From contig CAVVPN010000003.1 in NCBI GenBank assembly GCA_963750165.1, positions 2,368,001-2,432,000 of the forward strand: a DNA stretch of 64,000 bases, written 5' to 3'. The notes under the pieces were generated by a model. The model saw only the letters and a list, made by a program, of their open reading frames with translations, was not told where the DNA came from and did no database searches. The position numbers and the translations under genes were made by a program. Of the stretch, positions 49,477-59,636 are shown piece by piece. Origin of the DNA: an uncultured Gemmataceae bacterium. GTDB taxonomy: Bacteria; Planctomycetota; Planctomycetia; Gemmatales; Gemmataceae. Numbering within the stretch: position 1 is the first letter of the stretch; each line of letters opens with the position of its first letter.

Positions 49477-49962
49477 ATGCGCGTGCTGGCGATTCTATTA
49501 GCGACGTTGCTGCTATCCGTCCCGGTCGGGAGCGCGCAGGAAAAAGATGCTCCTCGCGGACAGCCTCCGCAGCTGTGGCTAGCGTCGGCCTCCGATCAGG
49601 AAGGGGCGGTCGTCATTCAGATCGCAAAGCAGGTGGAGCGAGGGGGTGTTGACGGCGCCCGCGGCTTAGGGCCGGGAGTGCAGTCCTTGCCGGCCACAAT
49701 GGTCATGAAGTGGAGTAACCTCAGGAAGGTGACACTCGGCAAGACGGTGCAAGCCTTCCGCGTCAATGGCGAACGTGCAGAAACGAAATCCGTGCTGAAG
49801 GCACTCGCCCAGCCGAAAGGCGTCGCGGTCTTTGTCCGAACCAACGAACGCGATCCGACAAGGCCCGACCGCTTCTACCTGGCACTGCTCCGCGAAGATA
49901 CTCTTGTGCTGGTGGTCAACGAGAAAGACATTTACCCCAATAAACCTGCGCCTCCACCGTAG
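49477..49962 (+). CDS. Cassette: secreted hypothetical protein
   Basis: AAGGAGGTG RBS, signal peptide. Confidence 0.8.
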   Translation: MRVLAILLATLLLSVPVGSAQEKDAPRGQPPQLWLASASDQEGAVVIQIAKQVERGGVDGARGLGPGVQSLPATMVMKWSNLRKVTLGKTVQAFRVNGERAETKSVLKALAQPKGVAVFVRTNERDPTRPDRFYLALLREDTLVLVVNEKDIYPNKPAPPP

Positions 49963-50019
49963 CCAGCATGAGGACACCTGCGCGCCCGCAGGGCAGCACG
50001 GAGGATGGCATTGCTCAGC

Positions 50020-50116
50020 GCCGAACCAGCCGTTGCAGCAGACAGGGCGGGCAGCACGGCTTTCCGAGGTTCAACGTCTTTCCAGCCCGCCCTGCTGCTG
50101 AACTGGGTCGTTCGGC
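50020..50116 (+). other. attC site
   Basis: GCCGAAC..TGCAGCAGACAGGGCGGGC / GCCCGCCCTGCTGCTGAAC..GTTCGGC. Confidence 0.9.
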
Positions 50117-50131
50117 AGGGGAGGGAATCAA

Positions 50132-50425
50132 ATGGGTCCAGCTCCCCGCGAGATCGGTGGGGCGAAAGTGATTTGCTTCACGCCCATTGACGAACGGCAT
50201 CGCCCCACCGGAAACTGTAAGCAGATCGTTGCAGGGGTTCTCCGAGTGCCAGCCGCAGGTTTGGCCATCTGCCAATATCCTGGCGAGAACTGCTATTACT
50301 TGTTTGGCTGCAACGCCACTTGGGAAAGCATTACGGATACTTGGCATCAATCGCTCGAAGAAGCCAAGGAGCAGGCGGAGTTTGAATACAGGGGCGTTTC
50401 GGCAACTTGGCACGAGCATGGCTGA
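50132..50425 (+). CDS. Cassette: hypothetical protein
   Basis: RBS GGGAGGG; YYLFGC...DTWH.SLEEAKEQAEFEY. Confidence 0.8.
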   Translation: MGPAPREIGGAKVICFTPIDERHRPTGNCKQIVAGVLRVPAAGLAICQYPGENCYYLFGCNATWESITDTWHQSLEEAKEQAEFEYRGVSATWHEHG

Positions 50426-50436
50426 TGTTACGCTAT

Positions 50437-50486
50437 GCCGAACCAAACGCTGCACCTGAGGGAGGAAAAGGGAACGCGGACATTTT
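50437..50486 (+). other. Truncated attC fused to a REP half
   Basis: GCCGAACCAAACGCTGCACCTGA then GGAAAAGGGAACGCGGACATTT. Confidence 0.7.
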
Positions 50487-50525
50487 TCTTGACGGTGAAC
50501 CGGGGTCAGCCGTCGTCCGGTGGCG

Positions 50526-53500
50526 CTACACCGTCTGCACCAGTCGCGCCGAGAACAGGTGATCGATCCACAGCGAAGTCAACTTCTCCGCGGCGCTGTT
50601 CTGCCGCAGCCGCGTGTTCAGATTGCCGAAATCGACCGACTGCAACAGCTGGTCCTGATTGAAGCAGCTGAAGACGAACGACTCCGCCTTCGTCACGGGG
50701 TCCACGTGCCGCTGCAAACACTGGGCGCAGACCTCCTTCATCATGCACTGCATCGGCGAGTTGATGGAGCCGATGGCGGTCGGCTGTTCGGGGAAGCACG
50801 GCCGCAGCGGCCCGGCGAGCGCGTCCTTGACGGCGGCCATCATGCGGTCGGAGCCGATGGCGATGATGCGCTGGGCGGCGGCCAGCGGGATGGGCTGTTC
50901 GCCGAGCCGGTTCGTGGCGTACGCCTGCATGGCCTCGACGATGTTACCCTGCAAGGTGCGGTCCTGCGGCCGGGTGGGCGGGATGCACGGCCCCTTGTCG
51001 GTGCTCCAGACCACCACGTCACAGGCCTTTTCGATCTCGTGCCGCTTGAACAGGTCGCTGGCGGCCCGGTAGCCCGCGAAGTAAATCACGCGGTTGTGCT
51101 TCTCCTTCAGCGCCAGCGCGATCGAGAACAGCACGGCGTTGCCCAGGCCGCCGCCGGCCAGCACGACCGTCTGGTTTTCCGGGATCTCGGTCGGCGTGCC
51201 GGTTGGCCCCATCAGCACGATCTTTTCGCCCGGCTCCAGCAACGAGCACAGCCGGCTGCTGCCGCCCATCTCCAGCACGATCAGCGAAATCAGGCCGCGC
51301 TCGCGGTCCACCCACGCCCCGGTCAGGGCGATGCCCTCCATCGTCAGCCGAATGCCGTCCACCTCCTCCGCGTACGTCTCGTAGTTCTGCAAGCGGTAGA
51401 ACTCGCCGGGGTGGAAGTTGCGGGCGGCGAGCGGGGCGCGCACCACCACCTCGACGATCTGGTGCGTCAGCCGCAGCGCGTCCACCACTTCCGCGACGAG
51501 TTGCTGATCCAGCGATTCCGTGAACATGACGAAGTCGCGTTCGCGCTCCGGCTGGTCCTCGGGCCGCAGCCGGGCGACTTCGTGCTGAAAAACGCGGGCG
51601 ATTTCGTGGTGGCCGTCCTTGGCGGAGGCCATCGCCTTGACCACGTTGCCGGCGTAGTGCGGGTGATTGTCGCCGAAGAAGCTGACGTACCGGCCCTGCT
51701 GCGCGTAGGAGGTGAAGAAGCCGATTTCGCCCTTGCCCGCGGGCACGAGCCGGCCGCCGTCGCCGTCGGCCTCGAACCTGTGAGCCCGGTAATATTCGCC
51801 CCTGTCGTCGAGTTGAAACGTGCTGGGGTGTTCGCGGTTGTAGGTGGTGTTGGGATGCGTCCCCGCGGCGATCATCACGGCGCGGGCCGGCAGCGTCACG
51901 AACTCGCCGGACGACTTCCAGCGGCCGTCCGTGAGCGTCTGGTACTCGCAGCGGATGGCGGCCACCGCCCCGTAAGCGTCGGCGATGCACTCCACCGGGT
52001 TCAGCCGCTCGGCGAAACGGATGCCCTCTTCGAGCGACTTGATGACCTCCTCGTGGTTGAGGCGGTAGGCGGGCGAGTCCTGCAACCGCTTGCGGTACAC
52101 GATGGTCACGCCGCCCCAGGCCCGCACCAGGCGGTTGAAGTCCGGCGCCCGCCCGGCGGCCGCGGCGGCGGAGCGCTCGGCGCGGACAGCCCGGCCGTGC
52201 TTCAGCCACGTCTCGACGATCTCGCGCTCCTCCGGGTCCAGCCTGGCCCAGATCGCCGCCTCGCCGATCTTCGGCACCAGGCGGTCGTAGCGGTCCAGCG
52301 CCTTCTCCACCTGCACGACGTAATACGCCTGCATCTCGGTGGCGGTGTCGATGGCGGTCAGGCCGCCGCCGATCACGACCGCCGGCAGCCGCAGTTGCAG
52401 GTTCGCCAGGCTGTTCGCCTTGTAGGCACCGGTGGCCTGCAGCCCCATCAGGAAGTCGGACGCCAGGCGGACGCCGCGCAGCAGATTGTTCTTCATCTGC
52501 ACCAGCGTCGGCTTGCCGGCGCCGGCACAGATGGCCACGTGATCAAAGCCCAGCTGCCAGGCATCGTCGAGCGTCAGGGTGCCGCCGAAGCGAATGCCGT
52601 CGTACAGCCGAAACTTCTTGCGGCGCATCAGCAGCAGATAATTGATGTCGAGAAAATTCTTGTCCCAGCGCACGGTGATGCCGTACTCCGAGACGCCGCC
52701 GAAGCCGAGGATGGTGCGGCGGTCCAGCGGGCCGGTGATGTCGTTGATGTCCTTGATCGGCTGCGGCACCCGCCGCTTGGCCCCGCGCATGCGCACCGAC
52801 AACGGCTCCACGCGCAGGCCGTCAATGCCGACGACGCCGAAGCCCTCGTTGAGCAGGTGGTGCGCCAGCGTGTAGCCGGCAGGGCCCATGCCGACCACCA
52901 GAACGTTCTTGCCGTTGTACGGCAGGGGGACCGGCCGCCGCAGGTTGAGCGGGTTCCAGTGCGTCAGCAGCGAGTAAATTTCGAAGCCATAGGGCAGCCG
53001 CAGCACGTCCGACAGGATGTTGGTTTCGATCTGTGGGATGTTCACCGGCGTCTGCTTCTGATAGATGCATGCCTTCATGCAGTCATTGCAGATGCGGTGA
53101 CCGGTGCCGGCGCACAGCGGGTTGTCCACCATAATCATGGCCAGCGCTCCGATGCCGTGGCCCTCGCGCTTCAGCAGGTGTGCCTCGGAAATCTTCTCGT
53201 TCAGCGGGCAGCCTTCCAGCTCGATGCCCAGCGGATTCTTCTTGACCGGGCCGTCCTCGGCGCGCAGCCCCTTCGAGCACGAGTCCTTGTCGCGCGGGTG
53301 GCAGATGATGCAGTAGTGCATCTCGCGCAGCGCCTCGCGCGGAGCCATGCGCGGGTCGGTCAGGCCGAAGCCGTCGCGGTGCCGTCGCCCCTCCGCCGGG
53401 CCTTCAAAGAGCACGGGCAGTTCCGGGAAGTTGAATTCGCGCGCCACCAGGTTGTCGAAGTCCAGTTTTTCCGGGTGAACGAACGAGGCGAAGTGGCCGC

Positions 53501-54130
53501 GGCGGTGCTTCAGGTCGGGGTGGAAGGCGAGCGCCGCGCCCAGTGCAGGACGTCCTGCAAGCGGCGCTCATACTGGGCCGCGGCGTCGGCGTCGCCCTGG
53601 GCGCGCTCGGCGGCCTGGCGATCGAGCAGGTGCAGGGCGACCTCGGCCAGTTCGCGTTCAGGGTCGGTGGCCCATTCGCCGCGCGTCAGAACCTCCGCCA
53701 CCCGTTCGCGGTAGCGGAACTCCACGTCAGCGATGTTCATGGCCGTCAGCTCCGCCGTGGCCGGCGGCGCCTTCAGCACCAGGCGGTCCAGGAAGCGTTT
53801 CTTGAACTCGAACACCGTGCTGTCATCGGTGGTGCGGCGGTTCAGGTTGAAGACTTCCTTTTCGATGTGAAAGAGGCGGCCGATGAAGCGGTCCAGGTGG
53901 CGGGCCACGTCGATGAGCAGCGGCGTGTCTTCCGGGCCGGAACCGCTCTGTTCGTAGCGGCGGGCGAGGTCGGGGTCGGCGGCGCGCAGTTCGTCGCGGA
54001 ACACCTGGAGCAGGGACTGTAATCGGCGGACGCGGTTGAGGTCGGCGTAACGGAAGCCGTCGATGCCGAGCGGGAAATTCCACGCGGTCGCCGAGTTCCG
54101 CGAGGTGGAAGGCAGGTGCAAATTGTTCAT
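50526..54130 (-). CDS. Fused GltD/NfnB-like Fe-S flavoprotein plus PyrK/NfnA-like FNR-[2Fe-2S] domain; frameshift ~53535
   Basis: YCIICH..CS, GCP, GHRICNDCMKAC, VGMGPAG, IGGGLTAID, MGPTG, GGGLGNA, SINSPMQCMMKEVCAQC. Confidence 0.85.
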
Positions 54131-54291
54131 GCGGGGTCCTGTAGGCGATACCGGGGGGTGTCGTCGGGGCCGCAGGAGGCCCTGAAGAATTATACCTCGC
54201 GGGCCAATGAATTAGGATGTGACTTTGACCGGCGGCGCTAGCCCGAGGACCACATCGGGCGCTGCGCTTTGGAAAACTCCTGGCCACCCAG

Positions 54292-54762
54292 TTAGCAGAT
54301 GATCACCGTAAGCGCCGCCCCCTGGGCCGCCGCGGTGTTGTACGCCTTTTGCAGTTCCTCAAAGGCCCAGTAAAAATGGTCGCGGTTTTCCTTGTGGCGC
54401 ACCCACCAGGGGTTCGCCTTGCGGAGCCAGTCCATCCACTTCCAGTTCGGCAGCGCGTTCAATGCCGCCGCGATCTTTTGCACCATTTCCGGGCTGACGT
54501 AGCCGAAATGCACCCCGTCCCCGTCCTCGTCGGACTGGTCCTCTTCCAGCATCAAATTCCGCAGGATGGGCCGCTCGGCGATGTCGCCCTGGATGGCGTA
54601 CTTCAACGGCTCCGGCTGCTCCCAGAAAACGGTGTGGAAGTTGAACCAGGTTTTCTCGATGCTGAAATGGGGCGTTTCCCCCCGGAAGGCGTATTCAGGG
54701 TCCGCCCGTTGGCGGGCGAACTCCTCCGCGGGCAGAACGCTGAGCGAACACCGGATGCCCAT
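54292..54762 (-). CDS. DUF1877/YfbM-like protein
   Basis: MGI start, SIEKTW..FH, YVSPEMVQKIA.AL, YNTAAAQG. Confidence 0.7.
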   Translation of the reverse strand: MGIRCSLSVLPAEEFARQRADPEYAFRGETPHFSIEKTWFNFHTVFWEQPEPLKYAIQGDIAERPILRNLMLEEDQSDEDGDGVHFGYVSPEMVQKIAAALNALPNWKWMDWLRKANPWWVRHKENRDHFYWAFEELQKAYNTAAAQGAALTVIIC

Positions 54763-54812
54763 TGCCGGCTCCTTGACCGAGGTTGCCCCTGGCTCCAAAT
54801 AGCCCCTGGCGT

Positions 54813-55835
54813 TCAGTCAACCCGGGCCAGTTCTACCTCAGCCCGCGTCAACCCGATGACCACCGGCCGCGCGTCCTCACCCGGCGGCAGCAGCACCGCC
54901 CCCAGCCCCGGGTTCGCCGCACACAATTCGCGCGCCGGCTCGACGCCGAGGATGAAGAACGCCGTCGCCAGCGCGTCCGCCAGCGCCGCCGTCGGCGCCA
55001 CCGCCGTGGCGCTCGCCAGCGCCTCCGCCGGCCAGCCGGTGCGCGGGTCGAGGATGTGGCCCAGCTTGCGGCCCTCGTGCTCCAGATGCTGGAACGTCGC
55101 CGCCGACGTGCCCAGCGCCCGGTCGCGCATGCGCAGCAAGCCCAGGTTCCGCTCAGGTTCCCACGGGTGCTTGACTGTCACCGCCCAGCCGCGCGGGTCG
55201 TTCGGCGGCGCCCCCAGCGCCAGCACACTGCTGCCGCCGCCGTGCAGCAGCGCCGAGCCGATCCGCCAGCGCGACCGCAGCAATTCCGCCGCCCGGTCCA
55301 GCGCGTAGCCCTTGCCGATACTGCCGAGGTTGATTTCCAGTCCGGGCCGCAGGAAGCGGACGCCGCGCCGCTCCGGGTCGAGTTCGACGTGGCGCATGCC
55401 GCAGCGCTCCAGCACCGCCGTGCGCTCCGCCGGCTTCGGCACCCGACCGCGGCGCTTGTAGAAGCCCCACGCCTTGACCAGCGCCCCGACCGACACGTCA
55501 AACGCCCCGTCGGTGACCTCGGTCAGCCGGGCGCACAACGTCAGCAGGTCGAACAACCGCGGCTCAACTGGCACCGGTGCCGTGGCGGCGAGGCGGTTGA
55601 GCCGGCTCAGTTCGCTCTGCTCGCGGTAGACGGTCAGCTGGCTTTCGAGGCGGTCGATCTCGTCGAGGGCGTCCTCGGCGGCGGCGAGGGCGGCGGGCGT
55701 GCCGCAGGGCAGCGCGATCTCGAACTGCGTGGCCATGGCGCGGCGGCTGCAGCGCAGCAGCGCCAGCGCCTCGGCCGGGGGCGGGTCGAGGGCGGCAGCA
55801 AAGTGGCGTGGGTCGAGGAAATCACGGCGGTGCAT
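54813..55835 (-). CDS. apbE: FAD:protein FMN transferase
   Basis: AMAT, SELSRLN, GAFDVSVG, NLGSIGKGYALD, GTSA, HILDPRTG, ADALATA. Confidence 0.93.
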   Translation of the reverse strand: MHRRDFLDPRHFAAALDPPPAEALALLRCSRRAMATQFEIALPCGTPAALAAAEDALDEIDRLESQLTVYREQSELSRLNRLAATAPVPVEPRLFDLLTLCARLTEVTDGAFDVSVGALVKAWGFYKRRGRVPKPAERTAVLERCGMRHVELDPERRGVRFLRPGLEINLGSIGKGYALDRAAELLRSRWRIGSALLHGGGSSVLALGAPPNDPRGWAVTVKHPWEPERNLGLLRMRDRALGTSAATFQHLEHEGRKLGHILDPRTGWPAEALASATAVAPTAALADALATAFFILGVEPARELCAANPGLGAVLLPPGEDARPVVIGLTRAEVELARVD

Positions 55836-55847
55836 GAGTGTTCTGGG

Positions 55848-56447
55848 TTAAGTCGCAATGCTCATCAGATTCCCGATGATCTTGCCGACCTGGTGCAGGT
55901 GGTATTCGGGGCCGTCGATGGTCGCGGTCGTGCCTTCCAGACGTAAGAATCGCCAGATGTTCCCGGAGGTCACCGCTCCGTGGACGGTGATGCCGGCGGT
56001 GCCTTCCCGACGGGCGTTGAACAGCTGGGCGGCCACCATCGCCGCCACGCACTGGCCCAGGCCGCCGACGATGTCTTCCCGCTTGGCTTCTACCACCGCG
56101 ATCAATGGTTGGCTGACAAAAAAACGCTCGGGAGACCGTGACAGCAGAAAATCGCAGCCGCCGTTCAGGCCGCGCTCGCGGTCCACGTCCAGCGCCACTC
56201 CCGAAAACAAACTGAGACGATGTTCCGCCCGCCGCACCACTTCCATCAGGATGGGGGCAATGATCATTTCCGAGCGTGCCTTTTCAGTGTTCGTGGCGAG
56301 GGCGACAGGCGCCCACTCGGTCAGCGTTTGTTGCAGCAACGGTCCGGGCGGCACTTCGGGGGTGGCTGCGAACAGGTCCACGTCCTCGACCAGGGTAAGG
56401 CCGAAGCGGTCGCGGGCGGTCGGCAGGTCGAAGTCGCTGTACGCCAT
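55848..56447 (-). CDS. Conserved hypothetical protein, PD-(D/E)XK nuclease-like
   Basis: MAYSDF, EKARSEMIIAPIL, CDFLL, VEAKR, GQC.A.M.AAQ.FN, GAVTSG..W.FL. Confidence 0.7.
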   Translation of the reverse strand: MAYSDFDLPTARDRFGLTLVEDVDLFAATPEVPPGPLLQQTLTEWAPVALATNTEKARSEMIIAPILMEVVRRAEHRLSLFSGVALDVDRERGLNGGCDFLLSRSPERFFVSQPLIAVVEAKREDIVGGLGQCVAAMVAAQLFNARREGTAGITVHGAVTSGNIWRFLRLEGTTATIDGPEYHLHQVGKIIGNLMSIAT

Positions 56448-56461
56448 GATCGTTGCCCCGG

Positions 56462-56647
56462 TCACACCTCCGGGATGCCGAGGTCCCGGCAAATCTTTCG
56501 CGCCAGGAAATCATTGACCTCGCGGTGACGTGGCACTGCCGAGGTGCGGTTATTCGCCGGATGGAAGTACACGCTATGTTTGCCCTTGTCGCGCAGTAAC
56601 CGGCAGCCGTGCGCTTCCAGGTGGCGAATGAGGTCGTGGTGTTTCAT
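56462..56647 (-). CDS. hicA: HicA-family toxin
   Basis: LIRHLE.HGC.LLR.KGKHSVY...VPRH.E....ARKICRDL. Confidence 0.9.
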   Translation of the reverse strand: MKHHDLIRHLEAHGCRLLRDKGKHSVYFHPANNRTSAVPRHREVNDFLARKICRDLGIPEV

Positions 56648-56719
56648 AGCGCCAGATTTTAACGCGAACCACGTCCGGGCGTGCACCAACTTCCCGGTGG
56701 CGAATGAGGTCGTGGTGTT

Positions 56720-56938
56720 TCATGGCGCCGACAGGACAAAGGGTTCGCGGGTCACGGCCTGGCCAGCCAGCGCCTGCTCCGCCAACTCACGGTTGGCCTC
56801 CAGCACCAACGCCACGGCCTCTCGCAAATTATCCTTCGCTTCTTCCAGCGTGTCGCCTTGCGTGTTGGCCCCCGGGATTTCTTCCACAAACGCAATGTAG
56901 CCCTCGGGCACCTGTAGATAGACCGCAGTAAACTGCAT
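56720..56938 (-). CDS. hicB: HicB-family antitoxin
   Basis: GYIAFVEEIPGANTQGDTLEEAKDNLREAV. Confidence 0.9.
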   Translation of the reverse strand: MQFTAVYLQVPEGYIAFVEEIPGANTQGDTLEEAKDNLREAVALVLEANRELAEQALAGQAVTREPFVLSAP

Positions 56939-57027
56939 CGGCAATCCCTCCAAACGCCATAGGGCCAGGAGACCCGCGCTGGCCGCCGGTTTCCTGGCCC
57001 TGTGTATTGTACCCGAACCGACTGGCG

Positions 57028-58161
57028 TCACTCGTTGCCATCGTGGATCATCGGCTCCAGCTCCTTGGTGTTGCGCTCGACAGCCAGCACGATGGTGCGT
57101 TCCTCAACGCCGTCGGCGGACGCGGCCACGGCGGGGATGATCTGCCGGCTGTCCGGCAGGCTGAAGCGCATCGTGAAGGTGCCGTCCGGCCGCAGCTTGA
57201 CCGGCTCGCCCTGCAGCGTGACGCGGGCGCTCGGCTCGGTGGCGCCGTAAACGATCAGCTCGGCGTCCAGCTGGAACCAGAACTTGCGCTGCCGGCCCGG
57301 CAGGAATGCACCGGAGCCGAAACTGGTCACCGCCGGCGAGCCCATCGGCCGCCGCAGCCGTTCCTCGAACAGCTGCTTCAGCTCCAGGCTGCTGGCGGTC
57401 GGGTCGAAGCCGCCGGACATGGCGTAAATGCGGTCAGCTTTCTTGGGGTCGATGTCGGACCAGTTCTCGTCAATGGCATCGCTGACGCCGGCCCGTGGCG
57501 TGGTCACGACGTTGGAGCGGGCCAGCACGTAGAACTGACCGTTGCGGGCCAGGTAGCCGATGTCCACCCGATACGACCGCGGCGGATTCTGCACGTCGAT
57601 GTACCAGTTGTTGCAGCCGCCGTGAATGTCGATGTCGCGCAGAACGGCCTCGGCGCTGCTGGTGGTGTCGTGGCTGCTAACGTCGAGCAGGCGCAGGATG
57701 GGCTTGGCGCCGTGCCAGTCCTGGCCGAGGGCGGCCTCGGCCCGCTGAATGGCCTGGCGGGTGAGTTCCCAGTAAGCGTGCAGCCAGTACGGATCGCGCA
57801 CCATGACGACGATGCGATCCTTGCCATAACCGGCGGGCAAATCGCGCGGCACCTTGGCGGACAGGTCGCGGGTGGGGACGCCGACGTCGAACTTGCTGCG
57901 CTCGACGATCTCCTCACCGGTGGCGGAGGTGTTGCGGGCGGCGGCAACTTGCGGCTTGGCGCGGGGCTTGACCGTGGCGACCCGGGCCGCCGGGTGGGTC
58001 TGACCATTCTTGCGTGCCCGAGAGCGGGCCGGCTTGCCGAGGGCCACCAGGGCGGCCACCAGTTCTTCCTTGCGCATGCCGTGCCAACCTGCGACGCCCC
58101 GGCGACGGGCCAGGGCGATCAGGTCTTTTTTGGAACAGCGCTGCAATTGGTCACTTTTCAT
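57028..58161 (-). CDS. DUF4912 domain protein with Rho-N-like N-terminus
   Basis: L..LAR..GV.GW..MRKEELV; LPAGYGKDRIVVMVRDPYWLHAYWE; ARSN; AELIVYGATEP. Confidence 0.88.
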   Translation of the reverse strand: MKSDQLQRCSKKDLIALARRRGVAGWHGMRKEELVAALVALGKPARSRARKNGQTHPAARVATVKPRAKPQVAAARNTSATGEEIVERSKFDVGVPTRDLSAKVPRDLPAGYGKDRIVVMVRDPYWLHAYWELTRQAIQRAEAALGQDWHGAKPILRLLDVSSHDTTSSAEAVLRDIDIHGGCNNWYIDVQNPPRSYRVDIGYLARNGQFYVLARSNVVTTPRAGVSDAIDENWSDIDPKKADRIYAMSGGFDPTASSLELKQLFEERLRRPMGSPAVTSFGSGAFLPGRQRKFWFQLDAELIVYGATEPSARVTLQGEPVKLRPDGTFTMRFSLPDSRQIIPAVAASADGVEERTIVLAVERNTKELEPMIHDGNE

Positions 58162-58905
58162 GCGGAACAACTCCGTCGAGCCTGCCGGCCAGGCGTCCGT
58201 GGGAACCGACCCTGTGCAATGTTTACGGAGACGTCCGTGCGACGAAAGACAGCCCCCGGAGAATCCCTTCCGGGAGGAGGAGCGTGAGCGCACCCGGGCG
58301 CGACTGACGATCCCATCGACAGCGAACCGGGCCGCCAACGGCATGCGAAACGGCTGGAGAGCCCAATCGCCTTGGACAGCGGCCACCTGGCAGGACAGCC
58401 GCCGGAGTGCAGGTTGGCAAGGCGACAAAAAAAGGCAACCCCCTGGTGCAAGAGGTGCCTGTCGGAATTATTCCTCTCGTCCGGTCAGGGACCACAACGC
58501 GGTTGGAGTCACGTGTACGTCTCTGGAGGTAACTGCTTGGGTTCTGGTTGCAGGCGGGTGGAAACCCCGGTCGCAGGGTAGCAACCTATTTCCTTCCTCC
58601 GTCGGATGATACAAACCTGCAAGGGCTACTGTCAACAATAAATTCATCGTTTCCGCCGCTTCCGCACGCAGTTTTCCGACCGCACCTTCGGCAAACATCA
58701 TTTTTTTTCATGCTGTTGCCGGGCTTGCCGAAACCATTTCTTCCGCAACTTGTTGATGAGTAAGGATTAATGATGGTCCGGTTGTGCCGGCTGACTTCGT
58801 GAATTTTTCCACGAACCGAATTGACTTTCGAGGCAGTATTTACACAATACCCCTTACGTGACCACGAAAACCGAACCAACATTCTCCGGCGCGTGGAGGG
58901 CGAGT

Positions 58906-59141
58906 GTGCCCGAGCAACGGCCCAACTCCCGCGAGTTGGGGCTTTACCTCACCATCTCGCAGGTGGGCATGGAGATGGTGGCGCCTGTGTTCGCGGGCTG
59001 GCTGCTGGGCGTCTGGCTGGACTGGCATCCGTGGCCGCTCATCGGTGGTGCCGTCCTCGGCCTGGTGGCCGGCCTGACGCACCTGGTGGTGCTCCAGAAC
59101 CGCGCCGACCGGAAGGCCCCCCCAGGAACGACGCACCGTGA
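58906..59141 (+). CDS. AtpZ/AtpI-family protein; stop lost through a probable indel near 59125
   Basis: SQVGMEMVAPVFAGWLLG.WLD..PW...G.VLG pattern; first gene of the atp operon. Confidence 0.7.
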
Positions 59142-59566
59142 TTCGGCCCCTGCGAGCGCTGTTGCTGGGCTGCCTGGTCTTCTGGGCCGTGGCGACCGGC
59201 CTGATTTACCTGTACTGGGACCGCCTGGGCCTGGCCGAGGCCGCGGTGCCGCGCGACGTGGCCCTGCTCGTGCATACCGTCGCCCTGGCCCTGTGCCTGG
59301 TGCCGATGACCGCGACGCTGCTGTGGGTCGGCTGGGCCAGCCACCAGGCGCCCGACCAGCAGCTGGCGTCGGTGCTGGGCGGCACTGGCGTGCGCATGTT
59401 CTTCGTGCTCGGCGTCGGGCTGATTCTGGCGAACGCGGTGCCGGTGTTCGCGCAGCATTCGATGTTGTTCTGGTTGTGGGTGTTGGTCGTCTATCTGGTC
59501 ACGCTCGGGTTGGAAATCGTCGTCCTGGTCCGCAGCCAGGAGGCGCTGAATACACCGCCGAAGTGA
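59138..59566 (+). CDS. AtpI-like four-TM protein
   Basis: Four hydrophobic helices, GVRMF, position before atpB. Confidence 0.7.
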   Translation: MIRPLRALLLGCLVFWAVATGLIYLYWDRLGLAEAAVPRDVALLVHTVALALCLVPMTATLLWVGWASHQAPDQQLASVLGGTGVRMFFVLGVGLILANAVPVFAQHSMLFWLWVLVVYLVTLGLEIVVLVRSQEALNTPPK

Positions 59567-59636
59567 TAACTGTCCCGGCGAGCGGGGGGCTCACGCCCTC
59601 CGCTCGCCGGCCCTGGATAAAAGAGGACGCCGCGCG

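Noticed and set aside
50520..53714. 1064-aa plus-strand ORF and many similar long antisense ORFs
   Set aside because: Shadow frames of real genes caused by high-GC codon bias; no motifs.
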